From a virus (lineage: Duplodnaviria; Caudoviricetes), in IMG/VR virus record IMGVR_UViG_2974555739_000001, positions 1 to 64,000 of that record: a DNA stretch of 64,000 nucleotides; one strand, given 5' to 3'. Below the pieces are notes generated by a model. It did no database searches and was not told the origin of the DNA. It worked only from the letters and a program-made list of their open reading frames with translations. Both the position numbers and the translations under genes were made by a program. Below, in pieces: positions 25,601-35,596 of the stretch (its first letter is position 1; every line of letters starts with the position of its first letter).

Positions 25601-26308
25601 ATGCTCACTTTAGTACATGAAGATATTTGCGTTTATTTGGATTATATGATTTCGCAAAGTCTACAGAAGACAGGTAAAAATTTATCCTTCATAAATGATT
25701 CTATTGAAGGTATAGCTAATTTGGGCCGCTTTGAAATTGAAGTGGTTCAAGGTTCTTTTGCGAGATTCACAATTAAGATCGAAACACAAACAATCACTTT
25801 CAATACTCCTTTAGTTGTTGGTGACAAATTAAGCATTGATTTAGATAAAAACATCTTTAAAAAGAACGGATCGATGATCTTCACTGATGCTATTTTAACA
25901 TTAGAAGATAACTCTTACGTTAATATCAATGTTGATTTTGTAGGTGACGGTACTGCTGCTGTAACTTACTTCTATAAGTATTATGAAAAAAGAACAGATG
26001 ATTTAATGTTTGTCGATAGTTTATCTTACGACAAAAGTATCGAATACTCAAGTAGAACAAACATCCGAAATGAAAAGAAGATCGTCGGTAATAAAAAAGA
26101 AACATTCAGTTTTTCTTTAAGTCTTATTTGGAATGAGGATCAAGCTGAATTGATCGATGACGAATTCCGTTTACGTCTGATTGATGAAGAAGGATTTCCA
26201 ATCGAAACAATGGCTGGATGTATAATCACTTCTGAACGAAAAGGTTCTTCTTCTAATGGTGGAGATTTCACTTACGAAATTTCAGGAAGTTTCGAAAAAA
26301 TTTATTAA
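25601..26308 (+). CDS. Minor tail protein: Dit-like N-terminal domain plus tail-tube-like C-terminal domain
   Basis: LVVGDKLSIDL..N motif typical of Dit; C-terminal half aligns by eye with 19164..19670. Confidence 0.5.
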   Translation: MLTLVHEDICVYLDYMISQSLQKTGKNLSFINDSIEGIANLGRFEIEVVQGSFARFTIKIETQTITFNTPLVVGDKLSIDLDKNIFKKNGSMIFTDAILTLEDNSYVNINVDFVGDGTAAVTYFYKYYEKRTDDLMFVDSLSYDKSIEYSSRTNIRNEKKIVGNKKETFSFSLSLIWNEDQAELIDDEFRLRLIDEEGFPIETMAGCIITSERKGSSSNGGDFTYEISGSFEKIY

Positions 26309-26314
26309 AGAAAT

Positions 26315-26344
26315 GAGAAATGCGTTCAAAACCCTTGTATTAAT
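26315..26344 (+). promoter_or_regulatory. Putative phage late promoter (tail operon)
   Basis: GAGAAA-N16-GTATTAAT. Confidence 0.7.
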
Positions 26345-26380
26345 GGATGCAGAACGGAAAAGTTCAATATTTTTTAATTA

Positions 26381-26854
26381 ATGGAGGGTTTTGGAATGGC
26401 AAAGGTTAACAAGTTCTCAAGTAAGGTAAGTAAATTAAAACGTACAGGTAAGGTACACTTTAACACTGATGAAGGTGAAGTGTTGGAATTCGTGGTTGAA
26501 TCACGTAAAAGTGAAGCTATCGATGAAATTAATGGACAATATGATGCTCTTAAACCAAAAGTGCCGACTAAGAAATTACCAGCTCGTAACGGTTTTAAAG
26601 TGGTTGAGCAGCATGACGATCCTGAATATAAAAAAGCTTTAGGTGTTATTCAACGTAAGAACTTAGCTCATTTAGCTTTACTGTTCTTAGCTGAAGACGA
26701 ACGCCCTGAAGGAGAAATCGAAGAACAAGTTCAGCAAATTATTGACATTGAACTTGCTGGATTCATCGGAAAAATCGTTAACAAAGGTCTTGAGATTTCA
26801 GGTCTAGGCGGCGAAGATGATGAAGAAGAGTTCGAAGAAGTAAAAAACGACTAG
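26381..26854 (+). CDS. Tail assembly chaperone (gpG-like; ATG 26396)
   Basis: Acidic; ends in slippery A-AAA-AAC followed by an open -1 frame. Confidence 0.75.
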   Translation: MEGFGMAKVNKFSSKVSKLKRTGKVHFNTDEGEVLEFVVESRKSEAIDEINGQYDALKPKVPTKKLPARNGFKVVEQHDDPEYKKALGVIQRKNLAHLALLFLAEDERPEGEIEEQVQQIIDIELAGFIGKIVNKGLEISGLGGEDDEEEFEEVKND

Positions 26855-27045
26855 TAGTAGGAGGGAAATTGAAGAATGGCGTTTACGAAGATTACATTTG
26901 GTTAGATATTTGTGAACGTTATGGATTAAATCCTATCACTGAATTCGATCCCCTACCTGATGACATAAAAATAATGATGAAAGCCAAATGGATGATTGAC
27001 CAGGAACATAATTCAGAAATGGCTAAGAAGCAAAGTGAGGGGTAG
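26848..27045 (+). CDS. -1 frameshift extension of tail assembly chaperone (gpT-like)
   Basis: Open frame RLVVGGKLKNGVYEDYIWLDICERYGLNP...SEG* reached via A AAA AAC at 26842-26848. Confidence 0.75.
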   Translation, partial: RLVVGGKLKNGVYEDYIWLDICERYGLNPITEFDPLPDDIKIMMKAKWMIDQEHNSEMAKKQSEG

Positions 27046-27050
27046 GGCTT

Positions 27051-27536
27051 ATGTCTTACCTCTCATTTTTATTTATGGGAGGTGTTTTTATGAGTCTAAG
27101 AAGAAAGAAATCAACTGTACAGCTGTTCAGGGATGACATCAAACAAAACATTGAACGCGAAGGATCGAACGTTGTATTTGAATGGACTGAAGTAACAGGT
27201 GCTACTTGGAATGAAACCTATGAAGTGTGGGAGGGTGGAACAGAAACCAAACAATTCTACCACGAACGCGGAATAGGTAAGATTGTTGATTATAAAGAAG
27301 ACATCATGGAAGAAGAATTTGCACGTTTTAATGTTGGTGAGTGCATTGTTCGTTTCCCTTATGATTCACCTATCTTCGATGTTTTAACAGGAAAGTCAGA
27401 TGTTACATTCATTTACCAGGGCCAACGATTCAAAATCGATTCTCCAATGTATACAGGTGATATGATCGACAATTCCTTTTACGCTTTAACTGTTCGCGGT
27501 GTGAAAGATTACGATGGAGCTGTTAAACGTGATTAG
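27051..27536 (+). CDS. Head-closure (stopper)-like protein
   Basis: Beta-rich; G.RFKI; position; probable ATG after GGAGG (MSLRRKK). Confidence 0.55.
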   Translation: MSYLSFLFMGGVFMSLRRKKSTVQLFRDDIKQNIEREGSNVVFEWTEVTGATWNETYEVWEGGTETKQFYHERGIGKIVDYKEDIMEEEFARFNVGECIVRFPYDSPIFDVLTGKSDVTFIYQGQRFKIDSPMYTGDMIDNSFYALTVRGVKDYDGAVKRD

Positions 27537-28005
27537 AATGAAGCTTGATACGAAAGCGACTGAAAATCTAGTCCAAAAATTAAAGCTGCTACAAAAAGAA
27601 ATTCTTCAAGAAACAAACAGTGTTGTTAATGACTTAGATCGTAACTTAGCCGAAACGTACGAACGATCTGTAGACGAATTAGTTTATGACCAATACTCTC
27701 CTGAAAAATACCAACGAACACTTCATTTACGTGGTGCTCATGGAGCTTTACAAAGAGACATTCAATTAGTTGGTTATAAAAAGAATTACACATTTAAGAT
27801 TGATGGAAGTAGTCGTGATCCGGTGGATGGTCAGTCATGGGATACAAAAGCTTACAATGTTGAGCACGGAACAACTGAAATGAGTGTAGGATTCAATCGT
27901 CCATTCATTGCACCTACTCAACAGAAGTTAGAATTCGAAACTGAACGATTACGAAAGTATTACATTGAACGTATTCGCGGTTTTATAAGAAAGGCGGCTA
28001 AATGA
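27514..28005 (+). CDS. Neck/tail completion protein (HK97 gp10-like)
   Basis: Y.RT..LR, AYNVEHGT, RPFIAP motifs typical of the gp10-like family. Confidence 0.65.
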   Translation: MELLNVIRMKLDTKATENLVQKLKLLQKEILQETNSVVNDLDRNLAETYERSVDELVYDQYSPEKYQRTLHLRGAHGALQRDIQLVGYKKNYTFKIDGSSRDPVDGQSWDTKAYNVEHGTTEMSVGFNRPFIAPTQQKLEFETERLRKYYIERIRGFIRKAAK

Positions 28006-28463
28006 TGGTATTCGATCAAGAAAAATATATCGAAAGTGTCAAAGGGATTATCATTGCTTATATCAAGAAAGCCTTTCCTGAACACAAAGTCATAACCGCT
28101 TTCCCTGATGTCGAAGGAACTAATTTAGATTTAAGTGTTCCTATGATATACGTCGAATTCGAACGTGAATCGAATATTGAAAGACGTAGGGGGAAATGGG
28201 TAGGAGCTGACAGTTATCAACGAAGAGTAACCGTTGTTTATTCTATCCAGGTTTTTACAAGTGGTGACGGAAAAGGAGTGTTAGCTAGGGATCGTACTAT
28301 TCAGAAATTGAAAGTCGATATACCTAGAAATGAAAGAGTTTTCGCTGGTCAGGGCTTACGTAAAGTTGATATGCGTTTCATGGGATCGTATCGATTAAGG
28401 GAACGTATTCATCTAGCAAGAATGGAAGTCTTTACACAAGTAACAATGACAACAATAATGTAA
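28002..28463 (+). CDS. Tail terminator protein
   Basis: Position before TMP; YSIQVFT pattern. Confidence 0.55.
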   Translation: MMVFDQEKYIESVKGIIIAYIKKAFPEHKVITAFPDVEGTNLDLSVPMIYVEFERESNIERRRGKWVGADSYQRRVTVVYSIQVFTSGDGKGVLARDRTIQKLKVDIPRNERVFAGQGLRKVDMRFMGSYRLRERIHLARMEVFTQVTMTTIM

Positions 28464-28478
28464 AGGTTGGTGGAATAG

Positions 28479-31400
28479 GTGTCGGATCAAATTAAAATCA
28501 GCTTCCAGGTAGACGGTGAGGAGCTTAAACAAATAACACAAGCTATGAATATTTTGGACAAGTTCAACAAACAAGCAAAAACTGTTGTTGATGGTTTAAA
28601 TGGCATGGGTACTTCAATGAATGGTGTTGGTCAATCCGCTAAGAACCAAAAAAATTCCATTGAAAATTTAGATGCTGCAATGCAATCATGGTCAAATAAG
28701 ATCAAAGGTCAACAAAAAGAAATGTTGCAACATTCACAAACAGCTAAACGAATGGCTAATACTTTAAATCAATTAGGTTCTGATGCTAAAGTGACTGCTG
28801 ATTCTGCTGGACGTTTATCTGCAACTTTTAAAGATATGAATGGAAACACTGTTAGAATGTCCGGTACTGTTCAACAATTGAATAGCCAAATTGGACAAAT
28901 GAAAACAACTATCACCGCTACTTCTTCTGCTGTAACTGATTCTAACAAACGTCTTGCAGCAATGAATAAAGAACAACAACAGTTAGCTAAAGCTATGGCT
29001 GATGGACGTTCTAAATTCGAAAATCAATCCAAAGCTGTAAGTAAATTAGCTCAAGATTACGATAAGCTCCACACTGGAACTCGTGATTTATCTAAAGTTT
29101 TAGCTGATAACAAAGGTAAGTTCGACGTTTATACTAACTCATTACAAAAGAATAGTCAAATTATGAAAGCTTCAATTGATGCTCACGGAAAGTTCTCTCA
29201 AACGTTGAAGAACGAAAAAGGTGAGTTAACGACTATTTCAGGTTATTACGACAAGAACAATCAACGGATCACTGAATACAATCGTAGCATTGTTAAATCT
29301 GCTGATGCAATGGGTAGAGCTAGTAAATCAGCTAATCGTTATCAAGCTGAATTGATGGGCCTTAACAAGCAAGCGAAAAGTTTCGGTGAGTCACTAGAAC
29401 ATTCAGCTACTAAAATGGTTGAGTGGGGCGCTGCTGGTGCTGTTGTATTTGGTATCCAGGATGCTTTTAGAGGTCTAGGTGCAACTATCCTAGAAGTAGA
29501 TTCACAAATGACTCAATTACGCCGTGTACTTGACGATGATGTTGATATGGGTAAATTGTTTGATGGTGCTGTTCGTAATGCAAGTTTGTTAGGTATTAAG
29601 TTAACAGACATCAATGAAGCAATGATTGAGTTCGGAAGACAAGGTTTCGATGATAGTCAGATCGAAAAATTAACAAAAGCAACAGGTATGATGAAGAACG
29701 TAGCTGATATGGATATGGGTATGGCTTCTGAAAACATGACCGCTTTCCTTGCTACATTCCGTCGAAGTGTTGATGACACAATGGAATATGTTGACAAATT
29801 GAACGAAGTTGATAACAAGTACGCTGTCAGTGTTGACCAGCTATCTAACTCCATTCGTAAGGCCGGTGGTACTGCAAATGCTTTCGGTGTTTCTATGGAT
29901 ATGGTAATCGGTTATACAACAGCTATCGGTGAAGCGACTCGTGAAAGTGGTCAACAAATCGGTAACGCATTAAAAACAATTTTCTCTCGTGTAACAACAT
30001 TAGGCGGCGCTGAAAAAGTTTTAAATGCTGTTGGTATCGCTGTTAAAGATCAGGCCGGTGAAGCTCGTAAAGCTGAAGATATTTTCGGTGATCTACACAA
30101 AGTATGGGGCGATTTAACAAATGCTGAAAGACAGAACATCGCGTTAAAAGTCGCTGGAACGCATCAAGTAAACAGATTTTTGGTTATGATGCAGAACTAT
30201 GATAAAGCTTTAAAATCGGCTAAAACAGCTGAAAATTCATGGGGATCAGCTCAACGTGAAAATGCTAAGTACATGGAATCATTACAAGCTAAATTGAACA
30301 ACTTATGGTCTTCATTACAATTAGCTGCTGTAGCTGCTGGTGATGCAGGATTAACTAAAGCGTTCAAGGTGCTTATTGAAACAGCTAATACATTAGTTCA
30401 AGGTGTGTTAGGAATGGGTAAAGCAATGGGAGATTTTGCATTATTATTACCTGTTGTTGCCACTGGAATAGGCTTATTCACATTCAATCTTATGAAAGTT
30501 AAAGCTAATGCTGATCTTGCTGTAATCAGTTTGAATACTGTTGGTACTGCTACACAACAAATGGCCCTTAAAATGGGAGCTTCTACAACTGCTGCAACTG
30601 TTCTAGGTGGTGCTGTTGGACGTATTACCGGTGGTATTAGAGCAATGACAATCGCTTTAGCAACAAACCCATTCACAATTTTACTAGCTGCTGCTTCTAC
30701 AATTGCTTACTTTGTAGGTCAATCTAAACAGATGGACGATCAACTTAAATCTATGCAAAATGGATTTAAAGATTCTACAAAAGAATTCAAAGCGTTCCAG
30801 GAAGCTATTGCTAATAAATCTGTTGATGAATATTCTGTTAACAAATATAAAACTCAAGTAGATATGTTAAAAGATTCTACAGTCCTTTTAAATGGCGTTA
30901 TGAAGGATGGAGTTAAAGTATATGAGCAACAGAATAACAGTATGGTTGCAATGAAGGCCGGTACTGAAACAATGGGTATGAGTCAGGCCCAAATGAAAAA
31001 GCACTATGCAGAAACAACACTAGCTCGTAAAGCCCTTTCCGAAGAAGAAATGACATCATTATCAACATTAGGCATTTCAATCAAGAAGAACACAACTTTA
31101 GCTGATGTTGTTAATCAAGTTAAGAATCGTCAAATCGATGTTAAGGGTGCTGTAAAAGATGCTGGTGAAGCAATGAAGAAAGCTGATAAAGAAGCTATCA
31201 CTCCTGCCATTGAACAATATGGTGATCTGAACGATCAATTAGATAAAAATGCTTCGTTAATGGAAAATGCTATTGGTTTCACTAACAAGTATATCAAATC
31301 GATCAAAGAACAGATTGGTGTAGTTGAATTATTATCAGGTCAAGAAAATTTAAGTAAGCAACAAAAAGACCTCCTAGAAATGTCTACTCGTAACTTAACT

Positions 31401-34400
31401 GAAGCTTTTGGAGATCAAAATGATACTACTCAAGAAGTAATCAAAAAAGCTAAAGGTCAAGTTAAGAGCATGGATGAATTGATGGAGCTTTCAGGTAAAC
31501 TAGCTGATGGTACTGCTACTAATGAAGAGAAAAAACGTGCTCAATATCTTCTTACACAACAGGCAACATACGAAAATACTCGTGTGGCCCAACAAGAAGC
31601 AAACAAAGTAGCTAAAGCGAAACAACAAGAAGCTAAAGAGCATAACTATACAGCTGGTCAAGCATTCCAGGCTAGTATTAAAACGAATAAAGCTTCTTCT
31701 AGTATTTCATCTACGACTACTCAAAAGATGGGTATTGTCAGAGGTGAGTTAAATACAACTGGAACTAAACACGCTGAACATGCTAAATCAGCTCAAGATT
31801 CATCTAAGAAAGTACAATTAGCTGGTAGTGAAATGTTCAAAGCTTCTAAACGAGATTTCAGTAAAACACGAGATCAAGTTGACCAAACAAAGAAAGAATA
31901 CAACAAGTTAGAAGATGAAGCTAAAAACATTCCTAAAGGTATCGCTAAAGGTATCATTAATGCTATCGCTGATCCTGAAAAAGCTATTGCTAAATTAGCT
32001 GAAAGTCTTGTTAAGAAATTTAAAAAGGCTTTAGGAATCAAGTCACCTTCTAGGGTATTTATGGCTTTAGGTGGACACGTTATCGACGGTTTAGTAAATG
32101 GTTTAGATGTTGATAACTTGAAATCATTAGGTCAGAACGCATTTAAAGATTTCGCTGATGGAGCTTTCAACTCAATGGATCAGATTAAAATGTTCCTAAG
32201 TGGTGGCGGCCCTGGAAACTTTAAGAATCCTGGTGGCGGTGGAGCTGGTTGGAGATCGATGATTTATGCTGCTGCTGCTCAAATGGGTCAATCGGTCAGT
32301 GAATCAGAGGTAAATGGAATAATTGCCCAAATAAATAGGGAATCCGGAGGAAACCAAAACATCACTCAAAGTAGTGCTGTATGGGACGTTAATACTGCTG
32401 CTGGAAACCCAGCTAGAGGACTTTTGCAGTATATTCCTCAAACATTTAATGCGTATAAAGTCCCAGGATATAATTCTATCTACAACGGATATCACCAACT
32501 TTTGGCCTTCTTTAATAACAAAACTTGGAGACGTGATTTGCCCTATGGACGAAGAGGATGGGGGCCAAGGGGCGGTACATTCTTTGCAAACGGCGGTATA
32601 ACAGGCTCTATCTATCAACAGGCCGAAAGTAACGGATTTGTGCCAAATGGAGGATTTATCAATAAACCTCATTTTGTAGATGGTGGACGTGGTATTGCAG
32701 GTGAAGCAGGAGCAGAAGCTATCATTCCTTTGTCTAACATGCGTAGAAGTCGTGCTTTAGACCTATATTCACAAGTTGGAAATATCTTAGGAGTTCACGC
32801 TTATGCTAATGGTGGAGTAACTAAGAAGACAACAACGAAAGCTAAACAACCTCCTGCTGCTTGGTATACTGTTCAATCAGGTAATACTTTAGCTGGTATT
32901 GCTAAGTTGTTCGGAACTTCAGTTAAGTATTTACAAAGCATTAACAAAGGTTTAGCTAAGACATCTAAGGATAAAAAACTTACAGAAAACATGAAAGTAT
33001 CCGTTAAAGGTTTAATTACTAATGATGGTTCTTATCGTGCAAATGACCTTCTTGATCCACAACGTAAGAAAGCCGGTTATGTTCAAGCTGAAAATGGTAG
33101 TTGGGTAAAGAAAACAGCAACGAAAGCTCCTGCTAAGAAACCAACAACACCAGCTAAACCACCAGCAAAAACATACGCAACTAAATACGGTCATGTAACA
33201 GCTATTGAAGGCGATTATAGCGAAATGATGTCAACAATCGGATACTTGCAAAATAACGGTATCTATAACGATTCTCAAGCATTATACGCTATGAAGTCTC
33301 AAGTTCGTCCTCAAACTAGAGGAACGCAAGATCGTCGTGCTTACAATGATGCTCAAATCGATATTATTTCTAAAATGGATAACGTTAAGAAAGCTTCAGA
33401 ATGGTTCAGAAGCGCTAACCTTTTCTTATCAGGTGACGATTGGAAGAAAGCGTACAATCAAACTATGGAAATGGTTAAGGCTAATGCAGAAGCAAAAGCT
33501 CAAGCTGAAAATGATTCTAAGTTAGCTAACCGTCAAGCGACTTTATCTCGTGAGCAAACACTTGGATTAGCAACAGCTTCTCGTACTTCATCTTACCTAC
33601 GTGGAAACATTCGCGCTTACTCTAAGACTGATGAACAGAAGTTAGCATACAACACGGCTCAAATGGACGTATTTAAAGGAATGGAAAACCTTAAAACGTT
33701 TGGTCAATGGTTCGATCAAGCTAAGTTGTTCGGTACTGCTGCTGAAATCAAACAAATCAAGGAAAACTTAACTGAAATCGTTCGAGATAATGCAATCGCT
33801 GGTGTTACAAATGCTACTAATGCATGGTTTGACACTTTCAGTAAACGTACTCCTGAAGTCATCAAGAACCTGGAAAGAACAGTAAATACGATTGATTCAA
33901 TCAAAACAGCTCAAGAAGATGCAGTATTGAATAGCAAGATTGATTCTTATATTGCTGATCGTCAAGCTGCTTTAGGTTTTGATAACCGTACTGACATTGA
34001 GAAAAAGCAATCGAAAATGGATTCTGTTAAGAGTCAAATCGATGCAGCTATTCAGCAAAACGCTGAACTCAAATTCAAAACTGATTCTTCAGACATTGAT
34101 GCTAGATTGAAACAACTACAAGCTGATAAGGATAAGTTGAATCAAGGGATGAAAGAAACAAGTGCTTACGGAAAATCGAAAGGTTTATCTGATAAGGACA
34201 TCAATGATTCTCTTCAACTTTACAAAGATCAACTTGCAGCTATTCAAGAAGAAACAACTAAGCTGATCCAGCAGAAGAAAGATTCTGTTGATATGTTCAA
34301 CGCGAACGAAACAGCTATTGGTTCTTTAACTGAAGAATATAAGAAATTAGAACGTGAAATGCAAGAAACGCAACGTCAAGCTGATATCCTTCAGAAGATC

Positions 34401-35228
34401 AAAGATAAAGTTAATTCTATTTTTGATTGGGATACAAGTAATGTGCTGACTGAAAAAACTGACCAATTCGGAAACACGGTGCGTGATATCGAAGGTAACG
34501 TTCAGAAAGTCCTAGACATTCAGAAAGCTATCCAGGATATCACAGCTGATATTTACAGCAATATTGGAAACACTGTTGATGAAATGGTGACTGAAATCAT
34601 TTCTTCTCAACTACCTTCTATCGGTGATTTAATGGGTAGTGACAATGATTACGGTGCGATTTCTTCAGGCATTAACGGTGCGATTGATTCAGTTAAGCCA
34701 ACGTGGGATGCAACACTTTCTTACATGGCCCAATCGACTTCTCAAATGTTCAGTTCTCAAAATTGGCAAGCTGTTTCTCAAGGATGGATTCAAAGCATGG
34801 GTTCTACTATTCAATCTCTTCAACCGCTGTTTGAACAGATGATGGTAACGATGCCTGAAACTATGGGTAAAATGTTCGAAAACTTACCTTCGCTTGTATC
34901 TACTGCAATGCAGAACATTACAACAGGTATTTTCAACACTGTTATTCAAATCCTTAACCAAATGGTTGCAACGGTTAATCAGATCGTTCCTGCTGCTCAA
35001 CGTATTCCTGCTTTTGAGTCAATGCAATATGCGACTCCAACGTATACGCAAAATAACGACAATAGCTCTACAGAAGAGAAGAAAGTGTACTCTGCTGATA
35101 CTAATGTAGTTAGAAATGTAACGTATGTTGTTCAAGCTGGTGTAGTTGTTGGAACGCAAAGTGAAATGAAAGAATTCGCTATGATGATTAAAGAATTGAT
35201 TGATGAAGAAGAAGGACGTGGTAATTAA
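28479..35228 (+). CDS. Tape measure protein with internal lytic transglycosylase and LysM domains
   Basis: TP901-type core (SVDQLSNSI..AG..A..G...IGNALKTIFSR); SLT RESGG...GLLQY; LysM WYTVQSGNTLAGIA. Confidence 0.92.
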   Translation: MSDQIKISFQVDGEELKQITQAMNILDKFNKQAKTVVDGLNGMGTSMNGVGQSAKNQKNSIENLDAAMQSWSNKIKGQQKEMLQHSQTAKRMANTLNQLGSDAKVTADSAGRLSATFKDMNGNTVRMSGTVQQLNSQIGQMKTTITATSSAVTDSNKRLAAMNKEQQQLAKAMADGRSKFENQSKAVSKLAQDYDKLHTGTRDLSKVLADNKGKFDVYTNSLQKNSQIMKASIDAHGKFSQTLKNEKGELTTISGYYDKNNQRITEYNRSIVKSADAMGRASKSANRYQAELMGLNKQAKSFGESLEHSATKMVEWGAAGAVVFGIQDAFRGLGATILEVDSQMTQLRRVLDDDVDMGKLFDGAVRNASLLGIKLTDINEAMIEFGRQGFDDSQIEKLTKATGMMKNVADMDMGMASENMTAFLATFRRSVDDTMEYVDKLNEVDNKYAVSVDQLSNSIRKAGGTANAFGVSMDMVIGYTTAIGEATRESGQQIGNALKTIFSRVTTLGGAEKVLNAVGIAVKDQAGEARKAEDIFGDLHKVWGDLTNAERQNIALKVAGTHQVNRFLVMMQNYDKALKSAKTAENSWGSAQRENAKYMESLQAKLNNLWSSLQLAAVAAGDAGLTKAFKVLIETANTLVQGVLGMGKAMGDFALLLPVVATGIGLFTFNLMKVKANADLAVISLNTVGTATQQMALKMGASTTAATVLGGAVGRITGGIRAMTIALATNPFTILLAAASTIAYFVGQSKQMDDQLKSMQNGFKDSTKEFKAFQEAIANKSVDEYSVNKYKTQVDMLKDSTVLLNGVMKDGVKVYEQQNNSMVAMKAGTETMGMSQAQMKKHYAETTLARKALSEEEMTSLSTLGISIKKNTTLADVVNQVKNRQIDVKGAVKDAGEAMKKADKEAITPAIEQYGDLNDQLDKNASLMENAIGFTNKYIKSIKEQIGVVELLSGQENLSKQQKDLLEMSTRNLTEAFGDQNDTTQEVIKKAKGQVKSMDELMELSGKLADGTATNEEKKRAQYLLTQQATYENTRVAQQEANKVAKAKQQEAKEHNYTAGQAFQASIKTNKASSSISSTTTQKMGIVRGELNTTGTKHAEHAKSAQDSSKKVQLAGSEMFKASKRDFSKTRDQVDQTKKEYNKLEDEAKNIPKGIAKGIINAIADPEKAIAKLAESLVKKFKKALGIKSPSRVFMALGGHVIDGLVNGLDVDNLKSLGQNAFKDFADGAFNSMDQIKMFLSGGGPGNFKNPGGGGAGWRSMIYAAAAQMGQSVSESEVNGIIAQINRESGGNQNITQSSAVWDVNTAAGNPARGLLQYIPQTFNAYKVPGYNSIYNGYHQLLAFFNNKTWRRDLPYGRRGWGPRGGTFFANGGITGSIYQQAESNGFVPNGGFINKPHFVDGGRGIAGEAGAEAIIPLSNMRRSRALDLYSQVGNILGVHAYANGGVTKKTTTKAKQPPAAWYTVQSGNTLAGIAKLFGTSVKYLQSINKGLAKTSKDKKLTENMKVSVKGLITNDGSYRANDLLDPQRKKAGYVQAENGSWVKKTATKAPAKKPTTPAKPPAKTYATKYGHVTAIEGDYSEMMSTIGYLQNNGIYNDSQALYAMKSQVRPQTRGTQDRRAYNDAQIDIISKMDNVKKASEWFRSANLFLSGDDWKKAYNQTMEMVKANAEAKAQAENDSKLANRQATLSREQTLGLATASRTSSYLRGNIRAYSKTDEQKLAYNTAQMDVFKGMENLKTFGQWFDQAKLFGTAAEIKQIKENLTEIVRDNAIAGVTNATNAWFDTFSKRTPEVIKNLERTVNTIDSIKTAQEDAVLNSKIDSYIADRQAALGFDNRTDIEKKQSKMDSVKSQIDAAIQQNAELKFKTDSSDIDARLKQLQADKDKLNQGMKETSAYGKSKGLSDKDINDSLQLYKDQLAAIQEETTKLIQQKKDSVDMFNANETAIGSLTEEYKKLEREMQETQRQADILQKIKDKVNSIFDWDTSNVLTEKTDQFGNTVRDIEGNVQKVLDIQKAIQDITADIYSNIGNTVDEMVTEIISSQLPSIGDLMGSDNDYGAISSGINGAIDSVKPTWDATLSYMAQSTSQMFSSQNWQAVSQGWIQSMGSTIQSLQPLFEQMMVTMPETMGKMFENLPSLVSTAMQNITTGIFNTVIQILNQMVATVNQIVPAAQRIPAFESMQYATPTYTQNNDNSSTEEKKVYSADTNVVRNVTYVVQAGVVVGTQSEMKEFAMMIKELIDEEEGRGN

Positions 35229-35593
35229 TGGATCAATTTAGATTAGGAGTCAAAGGAGAGGGCTATGCCTTCTTCCTTCCTGATTCTTATAACAAAGACA
35301 CAAAAGTAATCGGTGGACAAATGCGTAGATCAATTAGCGGTAAAGCTAAAAGGGATATCATCACCACTAAGAAAGTATTTTCGCTTGGATTTACATTTTT
35401 ATCAGCTGATGAAACTGCTGCTATTTACGAACAGTTCTTAAAAAATATCGAAGATGGTAAAAACTTAACCTTTGCTGATGATGAAGGTGTAGAATATACC
35501 GTGATGTTTGCTAATGACAGTTTCGGAATTAGTGATAGACAAGCTGCTGATGAAGTTTTTTGGTCAGGGAATATTAACTTGGAAGAGGTGTAA
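35228..35593 (+). CDS. Distal tail (Dit-like) protein, minimal
   Basis: 121 aa directly after TMP. Confidence 0.6.
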   Translation: MDQFRLGVKGEGYAFFLPDSYNKDTKVIGGQMRRSISGKAKRDIITTKKVFSLGFTFLSADETAAIYEQFLKNIEDGKNLTFADDEGVEYTVMFANDSFGISDRQAADEVFWSGNINLEEV

Positions 35594-35596
35594 GGA

